A DNA stretch of 64,000 nucleotides from the NCBI GenBank assembly GCA_038087875.1, contig CM075991.1:930001-994000 (forward strand), in the 5' to 3' direction. The notes below the pieces were generated by a model that made no database searches, was not told the DNA's origin, and was given only the letters and a program-made list of their open reading frames with translations. The first letter of the stretch is position 1. Every line of letters begins with the position of its first letter. Both the position numbers and the translations under genes were made by a program. The DNA is from Malacoraja senta (taxonomy: Eukaryota). This document shows positions 22,647-35,725 of the stretch, piece by piece.

Positions 22647-25600
22647 TGTGGCAGCAGCTGCTGGACAGGGAGGGTAAACTGCTTGCTTACATTCTTGTGC
22701 TTCTTCCAGAATTGTCTTTTTGCCTCCATGTGCACCTGGCACAGAGATTCAATGTCCTGAGTGCTCCTCCTCCAGTTTGATGTGTCACAGACCTGGGGTT
22801 CTCAGTCATTGAGCATGATGTGTTTTGTCAGGAGGGCTTTGAGAACATCCTTGATGCATTGCTCCAACCTATTAACTTCTTGCCATGACAGAATTTGGAT
22901 ATTTGTTTTGGCAAAACTCTAAATGCTGGAGTAACTCAGTGGGTCATGCAGTATCTGTGGAGAACATGGATATGTGATGTTTTGAGACCTTTCTTTAGAC
23001 TTGTGACTGAAGAAAGTTCCCGACTGAAACATCACCTATCCATGTCTTCCACAGATGCTGACACTGAGTTACTCCAGCATTATGAATTTTCCTCAAGGAT
23101 CCAGTATCTACAGGTACACAAAAATGCTGAAGAAACTCAGCGGGTGCAGCAGCATCTATGGAGCGAAGAAAATAGGCAACGTTTTGGGCCGAAACCCTTC
23201 TTCAGACTGACCAGTATCTATAGTTGCGTGTACATCTGCTTTGGTAGGTCGCTGTCCGGCCTGTAAATAATGAGCCCCGGCCTCTGTAACTGGTTGAGTG
23301 CAATCCGAGCTCGATGCTGAGGATGTTGACTGGGAGAGGACAATGTATTTGCTCACCCTTCCAAACCAATTTCCATCAATTTCAATCCACCTTTGATCTC
23401 ACACTCTTGAACCTCACTTTAACCCATGGACCTCTCCACACCCCTGTCCACTTTATTCTATTCCAACGAATTCCAAGTCCGTTTTTTTCTGGTCTTCAGT
23501 CTCAGCTGCTACTGTGAAAAGTTCCCTCTCCCTGACTATTTTATATTTCCTAACCATCCTGCCCTGAATAAAAATACACTCTTAACCCCACTGAACCTAC
23601 TCATTTTTCACCCCGTTTGCAAACTCCTTTCCTAACTGAAAATATTTAATTGCATCGTCACTTGATTCATAGATACATAGATACATAGAAAATAGGTGCA
23701 GGAGTAGGCCATTCGGCCCTTCGAGCCTGCACCGCCATTCAATATGATCATGTCCGATTCATGTCCATCTTTCCATCAACTCTCTGATCAAATTCCTCTA
23801 ATCTGATTTCTGGCTCAAATAGTATTTATTAAAATCAGAAATACCATTCTGTGCAAGCTAAGCAGTGCCAGACTGTTTTACTTCCCATCTTATCTGCAGG
23901 CACAAGTGATGTCCATCCGCAAACAGGGCCTCTCCTCTGGTGTCCTTTTAGAATGTGAGCTACCTCCATTCATTCTATCTTTTTTTCTCTCTCTCCATTC
24001 CTTGCTCTCTTTCTCTCTTGTACTCTCTCTGCCTAACAGCATCTCTTGCTTATTTAGAGCATCTGGTGAATCACCAGGAATGACTTCTCTGCCCATTCCT
24101 GCACTGGAGTTCCATGGGAATCTCTCCTCAGCCACCTATTTTTCAGCTGCATGGTACTCTTTAGAATAGTGAAGCCTTCTAGAACAGTTGAAATAAGACT
24201 GATGTCACTTTAAACAAATGGCCGAGTAAACTTAAAAAATCAGATATGACCTTGATTCCAGTCGCCTTTCACTTCAACTATTCTGTACTCTGATTTCCAC
24301 ATCGTTAATAATCTGAACTATTCCAAAACAAGTCAGCCTTAACTCAGGAAACAAACTTCATTTTTCACCTGGACATATTATAACCTTATATATTCAACCC
24401 TGAGTTTAAAGTCCCTCATTAATTCTGGAAAAAATCACTAAGTGCTGGAGTAACTCAGCGGGTCGGGCAGCATGTTTGGAGAACATGGATAGGCAACGTT
24501 TCGGGTTGGGACCCTTGTTAACACTCAAGAAGTGTCAGTCTTCATACTCAGTTTGAAGAAGGGAATCAACCTGAAACGTCACCTATCCATGAGTTACAGA
24601 TATGCTGCCTGACCTGCTGAGTTACACCAGCATTTTGTGTTTTTGTTTGTAAACCAGCATCTGCAGTTCCTTGTGTCTTCATTGATTCTGAACATAGGAC
24701 ATTAGAAAATATCTATATGTGTACCTCCCTTTAATATCCTCGTTCTCTCAATCCCTCACTCTCTCTCTCTCTCTCTCTCTTGTCTGTCTGCCTGACAGCA
24801 TCTCAGATTTGCCACACTGCTTACCTGAATTCCAAGACTGTGTACATAATTATAAATAAACCAGACAGCTTTTGGAAGTACGTCTATACTGTGAGCACCG
24901 GAATAGAAATGTGCAAGATTTTTTGATGAAAGCTGTGATAGGGAAGCGCCGATTCGGGACTTACTGTCCCAACGAGAGGGCGTGTACATCTGGCCGCCCG
25001 CAGTGGCGACTGCGGAGGTTTATGGCCCCGACCACGGGTGAACAATGGAGGAGGACTGACTGTACTTTGTGCCTTCCCCCACAGTGAAGAATGCTGTGGT
25101 GGATGTTTGTGTTACATTTTTATTGTGTATTGTGTGTTCTTTTTGATTGTACCGCTGCTGACAAAATACATTTCACTGCACTTCATTGTGTATGTGATGA
25201 ATAAAACTGATTGATTGGTTGATGTTACAGCCACTTCCCTATTTATATCTTGGGTAAGCTTGTCTCTACTTCAAGAACCAAGGTTGTTGGAGCCATGTTT
25301 CTATCTGGTGGCTATGAAATCTGCTACTGAAGAATCTTTTCTGGGCTAATAATTCATAAGTCAGTATGAAGAAGGGTCTCGATCCAAAACATCATCTCTT
25401 TCTTCTCTCCAGAGATGTTGCCTGTCCCGCTGAGTAACTCCAGCATTTTGTGTCTATCTTCGGTTTAAACCAGCATCTGCCCACACGAATGAAACAGTGG
25501 TTCCATCTGGTAGTCACACTGAGATGCAGAGGTTGGAGGCTGGGTCAGGTTTGCTGAGTATTTGCAGCATCTTCGGATTCTGTGACAGATTTCCAGCATC

Positions 25601-25716
25601 GGCAGGTTTAATACATTTTTATTTACCGTGATTTCACATATTGAATGGAAAGCAGAAAAAGAGAAACTGGCTTCATAATTCTCTTCCAAAGATTTAAAAT
25701 TGTGGAAATACATGTA

Positions 25717-26482
25717 ATACCACCCAGGGGCGCCGGGGAGATTGCCTGTCCTGCCGGCAGTTTGTTCGTTTTTTCATCTTTTTGTTTTTTTTAGCGTCTG
25801 TTAAGAGTTTGTTTTAATGTACTTCGGTTTGTTTTATGTGGGGGGAGGGGGATCGGGGGAAACTGTTTTTCAAGTTCTTATCTTCCCGGAGATGTGTTTG
25901 ATTTTCGGATCACATTCTCCGGGCTCTGCGGCCTACCATCGCTGGAGCTGGGAGCCACCTCGGACTGTCGTGAGCCCCACCGCGGGGCGCGGACTTAACA
26001 TCGGAGCAGATCCCTTGCCTGGGATCGCTCCCACCGCGGCCTGCGGACTTACTTACCATCAAGGGCTCGCAGTCTCGGGAGAGGAAAGTCGGGAGCTCCA
26101 ACGCCGCAGAAGGTTCAACCAGCCCCGACGCGAGGTTCGATCGCCCGGCACGGGGGAGCTGACAACCCCTCGATGCAGGAGCTGAACGCCTCGACGCGGA
26201 AGGCCCGAACGCCGCCGGCTACAGGAATCAAGACCGTCCCGTCAATTGAGGGCTCGTGGCCCCCGACCGAGGAAGAACAAAAGGAAGAGACTTGAACTTT
26301 ATTTCGCCTTCCATCACAGTGAGGAATGTGTAGGAGTCACTGTGGTGGATGTTCATGTTAAAATGTGTTTTTGAGTGATCTGTTGCTTTTAATTGTATGA
26401 CTGACCTGGCCAATGAAATTCCTCGTATGTTGCAAAACATACTTGGCGAATAAAATCTGATTCTGATTCTGATTCTGATTCT
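25717..26482 (+). mobile_element. GC-rich non-coding non-LTR element with aataaa and (TTCTGA)n tail
   Basis: Tail at 26456-26482. A related 3' end lies at ~24950-25220, and a similar architecture in reverse at ~40325-41180. Confidence 0.6.
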
Positions 26483-27725
26483 GATATTACTGGAAAAATA
26501 ATCCAAAGCTCTTGCTTTTTCCTTCAGGTCCGCAGTCAGTTCAGTCGCCCAATCTTCATCTTCCATGAAATGTTCCTCATGCTTATCATCTATTCTGTGC
26601 TTAAGGATAACTTTAAAGCAACTCTCCACATCATATAATCACTATTTGGCCAATGTAAGAAGGTTCTGGTATAAAGCATGTAACTTAACATATTCAAATA
26701 ATACAAACAATAGTTGTGAATCTGAAATCCATCTGTACCAAATGACCAGAGTCTGAAAAAGGGTCCCGACCTGAAATGTCACCTCTCCATGTTCTCCAGA
26801 GATGCTGTCTGACCCTCTGAGTTACTCCAGCACTTTGTGTATTTTGTACCAAAGGTCCATTTGCTTCTGTCGATGGGCATGTCTTGGTAGTATTTCTGTG
26901 TAATAGTGGCTGAAGTCTCTTTAACGGAAATCCGCTTCTCAATGCCCAGGGAGTTTTACGTCAGAAGAAGCTGAGAGCATCTCGCTCCACCAACGTATTC
27001 ACTGCCGCTGACGTCTGAACTTCCTACTGCTGCTGTTGTGATATCCTCTGTGCTGTTGTTTGAAGCTGATGCTGCTGCACTCACCAGTCTGGCCAACCAA
27101 GTCCAGCTTCAGAAGAGCTCAAGTATCAACCACAACCAAATTCACTCATTAACCAGAGAAACATGCTACTTGTTATTTTTCCAAAGAGTTTGTGAGCATG
27201 CCTGCCTACATTTTTGCTCCATTGCATACTTTCAAAGGGCAGGTTTGCTTTGATAAATGCATTCTTCTGATCAAGAAAACCAGTGCTTATTTAGTGGTGG
27301 CATGTGCCGGTATAGCGTAACAGCACCTCTCCAAAGTTAAACGACATTATTTTGTTTTACCAGGCTCATAGAATCATAGAATCATAGAAAGTAGGTGCGA
27401 GAGCAGACCACCAGGTCCATCGAGCCCGCACCGCCATTCGCTCATGGCTGAACACCAAACAAACACCCCTACCCACAAACAGTAGACACAAGACACAGAA
27501 CACAAGACACTACCCTCCCCTTTATACCGCTATCACCCCTCTCCACCCCAAGAACCGCGTGATCTCCTGGGGGAGGCAAAAAAACGGATAAAAACCCAGC
27601 CTCGTAACACGTCTGTTTATTAAAGATATAGGAAGGAACTGCAGATGCTGGTTTAAACTGAAGTTAGACACAAAAAGCTGGAGTAACTCAGCGGGACAGG
27701 CAGCATCTCTGGAGAGAAGGAATGG

Positions 27726-27758
27726 GTGACGTTTCGGGTCGAGACCCTTCTTCAGACC
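27726..27758 (-). ncRNA. Minimal type I hammerhead ribozyme motif in a PLE end (representative clean copy)
   Basis: Minus strand reads GGU-CUGAAGA-A-GGGU(CUCG)ACCC-GAA-ACGU-C-ACC, inside the PLE-end insertion at ~27628-27757. Confidence 0.7.
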
Positions 27759-29837
27759 TTATTAAAGGTGCCCGCACCATTTTGTCTCCAGAAAAATCAT
27801 TGATGAAAACCCTTTGCATTTGGCGTGTTGTCACATCTTGTAGATTTGCAATCGACTCGAAAATATGATCTTCGCCGTTGCATACATATCAAAATGCACT
27901 GACTGTTTGCATCGTACAGTTTGGGAAGTTTTGTCTTGTATGACGCTGAAAGAATTGCCAGTGACCAATTCATTTCTGATCTGTGTAATGGCAGTTAAAT
28001 CCAATAAAACGTAATTTTGACAACGATTCGATACACAAGTGGCACTTTTCAGCACATTAGCCATCCTGTCTTGCCTAAAGTGGTCCCAGCGACTCAAGTA
28101 TCTCCAAGACAATTATTTAATCGAGTTCGCAAAGTGGTCATCCAACATACGATACGGGTCAGGAAGTGAGCGATACCCAATCAGTTTTACTCACTTTCTA
28201 TAGCCTTCTCTTTGATGCGTTTCATCTACAACATCAACTCAGCCCAGTTCTCTTGCATTAGATGTCTCGCCACCATTCTGGGGTGTTGGTTTATTCATGC
28301 ATACTTTCTTGTTTCTTTGGGTACTTTTACATTTGCTGGTTAAATTTCATGAAAACATATTAGTCTTTCACTTGTTTTCCAGAATATTATAGCCAAGAGC
28401 CTGCTTTGGGTATATCACAACATCCTTCATTGATATGACCAGATTTCTTCTCCAAGGTTTGTTGGAATATCTACTCAACACTGCTTGATGGAGTCTGTGC
28501 TTCACAAAAAGCAAGAACATTCTATGCTAAAAGGGCAATGGTGGATGGGAATTTGAGATGTCTTTGATACGTGCAAGTTATGTTGTGATTGCTGTGAGCT
28601 TCATTCCCTCACTGATGCTGCAGTTGAAAAACTGCCTTCTGTTGAAACATATAACCATATAACCATTACAGCACGGAAACAGGCCATCTCGGCCCTTCAA
28701 GTCCGTGACGAACATGTTTTTGTTTTCTTCAGTGGAAAATCCAGACTCGTGTTACAGTGATGGCTGAACCTGAGATATATTTTTTAAAGGATTTTCCTTG
28801 GTTCATCATATTAATTATTTTTCTTTGGTTTGTTTTTAAACTGTTTTCTTCCATTCCTGTTTCAACACCACAGCTGAATTCTGCCGTTAATCTACCACAA
28901 TTACTCATGCATTCCTTAACATCATGGGAAGAATGTGAGCAAACCCATTATGCACACATCCACAACTGCATGTTATGAGACAGTACATTTACTAGTTTAT
29001 GAATTCCAGTGACAGAAAGCACAATATAAAACAGGGACTTGGACCACACTTGCAATGCCAGCATTTTTCACCCATCCCTGAGCCATCTTCTGGAACTATC
29101 CGAGCCCTTCTGGTGAAGGTACTTTAAATACATCAGTTATGAGAAAACTGAATGACTTGCTGGCCTATTTCAGGGGGCATTTATTTGTCAGTCGCATTGG
29201 GACAAGTGTGGAGTAACATACAGGCCAGACAGGGTAAGGTCAACAGATTTCCCTACAGCCAACAATGGATCATTGTGGGCTCCATTTTTCCTTGATCATC
29301 GTTACTTTTTTGCATATCTTTCATTCATTTGTTTTATATCGCTCTATATCACCGTTTATATCTCTCGTTTCCCTTTCCCCTGACTCTCAGTCTGAAGAAG
29401 GGTCTCAACCCGAAATGTCACCTATTCCTTTTCGCCAGAGATGCTGCCTGACCCTCTGAGTTGCCGCAGCATTTTGTGTCCATCATCGGTTTAAACCAGC
29501 ATCTGCAGTTCCTTCCTACAGATTTACTCCCATGATGGGTTTATACAACAAGTGGTGGTTTTCTGCTCATACAGGTTCCTTGTCGAGCAACTATTCAGAC
29601 CCATTACCAGCTCATTCTACTGAGCATTCACATTGTTGTTCCTCAGATGCCTATTGAATGCCAACATCCTGATTGACTCTGCCTCCACACTTGTCAGCAA
29701 TAAATTCCAAATTATTTTTATTTTTAAATGGCTCTGATGATGGAGGATGTTTAGAAAAAGTAGCAAAAGGTATGTAAAGTATTAAGTAAAATATGCAAAA
29801 TAGTAACATTTATCACTAAATTTAAACACTAATATTT

Positions 29838-30140
29838 AACATAGAAACATAGAAAATAGGTGCAGGAGGAGGCCATTTGGCCCTTCGAGCCAGCACCGCC
29901 ATTCATTGTGATCGTGGCTTATCGTCCCCTATCAATAACCCATGCCTGCCTTCTCCCCATATCCCTTGACTCCACTAGCCCCTAGAGCTCTATCTAACTC
30001 TCTCTTAAATCCATCCAGTGACTTGGCCTCCACTGCCCTCTGTGGCAGGGAATTCCATAAATTCACAACTCTCTGGGTGAAAACGTTTTTTCTCACCTCA
30101 GTCTTAAATGACCTCCCCTTTATTCTAAGACTGGCCCCTG
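29838..30140 (-). mobile_element. CR1 3' end
   Basis: LRIKGRSFKTEVRKNVFTQRVVNLWNSLP; (ttctatgt) tail. A similar piece lies at ~31145-31541. Confidence 0.88.
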
Positions 30141-30566
30141 GATTTATGATGAAGTTAATAAAAAACATTAACCTTTGAATGTGGTTGAGCGACCGTGTTT
30201 AATAAACAGAGCCATGGTGGATGTGCATCCAGATCAGCAGCTCAGAAGATTCCAGAACGTTGCATGAGTTAGCAGCGAGGCACAAATCAGAGAAGGCCAC
30301 AGCCAGCGACAATGAGAATTCAGATGTATGCCTATACGACAGATAACCAATGATTCTCAATAATACTGCCACCTAGCCATCAATGTTCTGTTGCCATTGC
30401 TACTAAGATTCGTCACAGATACATCACTGCAAGGCCTTATAAGTGCTGTGTTATAACCTTGTTCGTCTCACAAGTTCAAATACGCATCCCTTGTGCAACA
30501 ATAACAAGCTCAACATTGCAACAACAGGCATAAAAATATAGAAATATGCTGATGGAAAGGACATAC

Positions 30567-30660
30567 TGAATCATGCACAAAATCCATTGTATCGCGCACA
30601 TCCTGAAACATGTTCCGGAATGACATGAAGAGGTCACCACTTTTAAAGCCTGCTTGACAT
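30567..30660 (-). CDS. nt5c2l1: NT5C2-like gene, internal exon (94 bp)
   Basis: cttccag| and |gtatgt. Encodes [31 protein letters not shown]. Confidence 0.93.
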
Positions 30661-31695
30661 CTGGAAGAGAAACAAGACACAATTCAGAATCAATGTCACA
30701 CTTGTAAATTGAAGTATTTTGTTTAACAGTGACCATTCATTACAAAGTCTGCAAAATACATCCAGCTCCTTATTTCCTGTACAAGCTCAGCAACAGAAAC
30801 CTGCGATTATTTGTGTCCCATACTGCCGCAAATTATCACGATGGACTTTACGTTGAAGGGAGTCTGGAGCGGAGGAGGAGAGAAATTTAGGAAGTGATCA
30901 AAAGTCACCAGTGGGTTACAGAGGTTTGTGAAGAGGGGAATATGGATCTGGGACATTCATGTGAATGAATGTTATGCCACTGACACTAGTGTGCCTGGAA
31001 CAGGGAATGTAGACAAGACCCAAAGACCCAAAGTAAAGATAGGTTAGAGGAAAGGACCAAAACAAGAAGAAGTGAGGCTTTGGAGGGACTTGTGAACTCA
31101 GTGAAGGATTTTGCTGGGAAACCCATTAAAGTAAAGGAGAATGCAAACATAGAAAATAAGTGCAGGAGCGAGCACCACCATTCAATATGATCATGGCCGA
31201 TCGTCCAAAATCAGTACCCCGTTCCTGCTTTTTCCCCATAGCCCTTGATTCCATTAGCCCGAAGATCTAAATCTAACTCTCTTGAAAACATCCAATGAAT
31301 TGGCCTCCACTGCCTTCTGTGGCAGAGAATTCCACAGATTCACAACTCTCTGGCTGAAAAGGTTTTTCCTCATCTCAGTCCAAAATGGCTTAACCCTTAT
31401 TCTTAAACTGTGACCCCTGGGTCTGGACCCCCCCCCCCCCCAACATCGGGAACATTTTTCCTGCATCTAGCCTGTCCAATCCCTTAAGAATTGTATACGT
31501 TTCTATAAGATCCTCTCTCATCCTTCTAAATTCCAGTGAATAAATTACATAGCAGGATCTTCACAGGATTGGTCTCAAGGTAACAAAGTAATGAAAGTGA
31601 GAAGGAGCTAGATGGACATGAATGCTGGCAGACTTTGTGCTGGATTAGTTGAAGGTCTGAATGATTGAATAAAAGGCTTGGTTGCCTTTGGTGTA

Positions 31696-32784
31696 CAGTT
31701 CATTCATAAAGTATTCAGACCATATCACTTTTTCCACATTTTGTTACGTTACAGCCTTATTTTAAAATGGATTAAATTCATTTTTTTTGTCAACAATCTA
31801 CACACAATACCCCAAAATGAAGAAGCGAAAACAGGTGCTTAGAAGTTTTTGCAAAGTAATTGAACTGAAATATCACATTTACATAAGTATTCAGGCCCTT
31901 TGCTATGACACTCAAAATTGAGCGTAGGTTCATCCTGTTTCCATTGATTATCCTCGAGATGTTTCCACAACTTGATTGGAGTCCACCAGCGGTAAATTAA
32001 ATTGATTGGACATGATTTGGAAAGGCGAACACCTGTGTCTATATAAGGTCCCACAGTTGACAGTGCATGTCAGAGCAAAAACCAAGCCATGAAGACGAAG
32101 GAATTGTCCATAGACCTCTGAGACAGGATTGTGTCGAGACACAGATCGGGAGAAGGGTATAAAACAATTTCTGCAGCATTGCAGGTCCCGAAGACCACAG
32201 TGGCCTCCGTCATTCTTCAATGGAAGAACTTTAGAACCACCAGGACTCTTCCTAGAGCTGGCCGCTCGGCCAAACTGAGCAATCGGGGGAGAAGGGCCTT
32301 GGTCAGGGAGGTGACCAAGAACCCGATGGTCACTCTGACAGAGCTCCAGAATTCCTCTGTGGAGATGGGAGAATCTTCCAGAAGGACAACTATATCTGCA
32401 ACACTCCACCAATCAGGCCTTTATGGTAGAGTGGCCAGACGGAAGCCACTCATCAGTAAAAGGCACATGACAGCCCACTTGTTTGCCAAAAGGCACCTGA
32501 ACAAGATTGTCTGGTCTGATAAAACCAAGATTGAACTCTTTGGCCTGAATGCCAAGCGTCACGTCTGGAGGAAACCAGGCACCGCTCATCAACCTGGCGT
32601 GCACAATCAAATAAGATCAAATAGAACAAGTTGTCCTACAACTTTAGGCTGTGCACGCCATACGCAAGAAGAAGAAGAATGTGTAGATTGATGATAAGAA
32701 AAAAGAATTGAATCAATTTTAGAATAAGGCTGTAACAAAATGCGGAAAAAGGTGAAGGGGTCTGAATACTTTCTGAATACACTG
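31696..32784 (+). mobile_element. Tc1/mariner transposon with internally deleted transposase
   Basis: TA|CAGT...ACTG|TA ends with long TIRs; ATG at 32089 gives MKTKELSIDL*DRIVSRHRSGEGYK...GRVARRKP...WSDKTKIELFG; the catalytic C-terminal half is missing. Confidence 0.93.
32588..32679 (+). mobile_element. 5'-truncated copy of the 8283 retroposon family with (GAA)n tail
   Basis: Shares agaacaagttgtcctacaactttaggctgtgcacgccatac with ~8352-8392. Confidence 0.8.
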
Positions 32785-33489
32785 TAAGCCTTTTTATGCC
32801 AACTGCAAGGAGGATGGGATTAGACTTCAGGAAATGAAGTGAGGCTAACATTATACCGTTAAAACCTCTGTTGCATTTCAGATCTGGAGAACATGTATAG
32901 GTGATGTTTTGGTTCGGGACTCTTCTTCAGACTGATTGTGGGGGGTGGAGGGAGAAAACTGAAAGCGAGGAGGGACAGGACAAAGTGTGGCAGGCGATGT
33001 GTTTTTTTGAGAGGCAAATGATTGGATCGAGGCCAGGGATGAAAAAAACATGGTGAGAGACAAAAGAATTGAAGTGTGAAGCCAGGAGAAGGACTAGGTG
33101 GGGGGGGGGGGGGGGGTGGAGGGGGGGAGGGAAGGAAATAGGTGTGAGTGCAGGGAGACACATGAGGAGGGAAGGGGAACAGGTAAGAAGAAGGGGGGAG
33201 GGGGGCAAAAGGGGAGCTGTCGGAGGCCATCTGAAGCTGGAGAATTCAATGTTCATACTCAAGCCACTGAGTTACTCTAGCTCTCAATGTCTTTTTATAA
33301 ACCAGCATCTGTGGTCCTTGTTTCTTCATATTGTTAATCTCTAATTGCCCTTGAATAGTATACCACTATCTTGAACTGTTGGATTAGTTCCAGTGAAGGT
33401 GCTCCCAAATTATGGTTGGGTCAGGAGTTCCAGGATTTAAAGCCAATGACAAAGAAGGCATGGCAATCTATTTCCAAGTCAGGGTTCTG

Positions 33490-33997
33490 GGAACTAGTCG
33501 CGGCCTCGGTATGGACGCCGCTAATTTTTCAACATTTTTCTGCTACCAAAAATTGGTCGCCATGGAGAAAATCGATAATCCTGTAGTCGTAGGTGGAGTT
33601 GTAGTGGGTTCGCCATGTAGTTGAGGTAGTCGTAGGTAGTTTTATACTGACCGGACATTTTCATTGGCTCATTGGGAAAAAAAACGTAAGCACGAGCTTT
33701 CAGAGCCAAGGATAACCGACCAGTAATGTTAAATGTTAAATGTTAAATGTCCGCCAAACTTCACAGTATCTCTGGCATTAAAAGTTGTCTGGCTTCTTAA
33801 AAGTGTCTCCACTCCTTCTCCCCCCCCCTCCCCCCATTCTCCCCTCCCCCCTCTTTTAAAGGACTTACCGTACACTGTGGTAGCCATCTTAACCTTCCTG
33901 TGCATTGCGGTGTGTGTGTCTGTATCACCTTGGCTTTGCACTGTGTTAATTTCAGACAGCGCTCCCCCTTCTTTCTTTTTTTCTCTCTTTTTTTTCT

Positions 33998-34080
<83 letters not shown>

Positions 34081-34234
34081 GTGCGTGCTTGCGTGCGTGC
34101 GTGCGTGTGTCTCTTTCTCTCTCTCTCTCTCTCTCTGACAGTCGCCGTGCCAGTTCCCGGTTTTTCAGGCGAGTGCCTCGAACTTGACAGTCGCCGGCAG
34201 TCCGCTGAAAAATCGCCTAAGTGGGACAGGCCCT
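33490..34234. mobile_element. Partial Harbinger-type MITE containing a (CT)n/(GCGT)n microsatellite (~33965-34136)
   Basis: Right TIR TGGGACAGGCCCT followed by TTA, the same as the 12826 family; the left TIR is not seen. Confidence 0.65.
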
Positions 34235-34435
34235 TTAGGGGTGTTCATTGTAGAAACACTGAGGTAAACTTGAAATCTCTTGGCTATGGGGTATCCTACA
34301 ATGAGTATGATGCACCGTTATAGTTTTACCACAATAAAACCTCAGAGATCAATAAAACAAATAAAGAAGAGCACATTGATGGAACCCCCTTTGAAAAATG
34401 GGAAAGGGTTAAGATGGAGGTATGTGGATTTGTAC

Positions 34436-34493
34436 CTGCTGTATTCTGAGCAATTGATGAAGAAATCCACGAGACAGGCATACAGGTAGGTTT
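34436..34493 (-). CDS. nt5c2l1: NT5C2-like gene, internal exon (58 bp)
   Basis: tttgcag| and |gtacaa. Encodes ETYLYACLVDFFINCSEYS(R); phases are compatible on both sides. Confidence 0.92.
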
Positions 34494-35292
34494 CTGCAAA
34501 GGAAAAATGGATGTTCAAACAAGTATACCAATTCAACAGCCTTCAAGCAACATCATGCTGGAGACCCAAGAGCCAATACCTTTATCAAGCAATTGTTCTG
34601 ATTGCATCAACTTGTTCTCCACATTCATACAGATGATTTAAACTGGCAAAGGCATAATCCATCCTGAGACGGTGAAAATTCACTCAGAGTAGATTATAAT
34701 CTCCAGTCACACTCATGACAATGAGTCAAATCTACTGTATTTGATTTGCAATTGCATCGAGGAAATTTAAAAAGTTTTATTTCGTATTAATAAAATAAAA
34801 TTATAAAAAAACTTAAAAATGCTGGAAAAACCCAGCAGGTCAGGAAGCATTTGTGCAAAGAGAAACAGTTTTGCTTTCAGTTTGAAGACCTTTCATCAGA
34901 ACTGGAAAAGTGGGAAAACAAGTTAATTTTCCAGTTCAGATGAAGAGTCTTGACCTGAAACCGTTTGTTGTTATTCCTGTTTCTATTACCACAAATGCTG
35001 CCTGACCTTCGAACATTTTCCAGCATTTTCTGTTTGTATTTCCAGTTTCTGGTGTCTGCAGGTTTTCTTCCTGACTTTCATCCTGCCTTAAAACTTGAAA
35101 GGAAACAAAACAAACGATAAAAAGCACAAGAAATAAATCAGGCAGAATCGGTGGAAAGAGAAACGGAGTTCACATTTCCTCCAGGAATCCTTCCACAGAT
35201 CCTTTTAGTGGGTTCACATTCCAGTCAGGTGACTCAGCAAACAAAATATTATCCTCTGTGCTACTTATAAGATAGCAGATGTTCAGACCTAC

Positions 35293-35384
35293 CAGTAAGG
35301 TTAAAAAGAGTGTTAAGGATGTAAAACCGTTCTATGTCATCTCTTTGGATAAACTTGTTGGAGTATTGCTCAAGAATCTCTGAC
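35293..35384 (-). CDS. nt5c2l1: NT5C2-like gene, internal exon (92 bp)
   Basis: cctcag| and |gtaggt. Encodes [30 protein letters not shown], in frame with the flanking exons. Not in the ORF track. Confidence 0.93.
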
Positions 35385-35725
35385 CTGAGGGAATAAACGA
35401 CAAGAGGTTGATCTGTGAAAGGTCAAGTCATCGAGACATAGATTCATACAGTTGTACAGCATAGACACAAGCTTTTTAGTCTAACGTCCATGTTACCAAG
35501 GTGTCTTCCTGATTAGGTTTAATTTGCCTGCATTTCGCCTATATACCTTTAAGTCATCCTATCCATGTATCTACCCATCCAAATGTCCCTTACATGCTGT
35601 AATCGCTTCCGCATTTACCACTTCCTCTGGCAGATCGTTCCGTTCTACCATCCCAAAAAACTTTCTTCTCAGGTCTCCTTCCCCCTCTAACCTTAAACCT
35701 AAGACCTCAACTTTTAGACTCCACA

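Larger units (their letters stand above)
23900..28520 (-). mobile_element. Highly decayed hAT transposase fossil (Tip100/ZMYM1/DUF4371-like), broken by later insertions
   Basis: KSATCVSNRCQN...FSVIQDKTS (~27900-28100); KARALDYFSS|ITCISTILNLWKRIMKPVSLFLLSIQ joins across the 25717-26482 insert; IP..SSA..AEKSF dimerisation-like motif at ~24070-24125. Confidence 0.55.

Noticed and set aside
22258..22780. QSQP/SATV-repeat protein ORFs
   Set aside because: The frames are open only because the hexamer repeat lacks stops; there is no splice or homology support.
33733..34323. 196-aa Leu/Ser-rich ORF
   Set aside because: Translation of a (CT)n microsatellite within a MITE.
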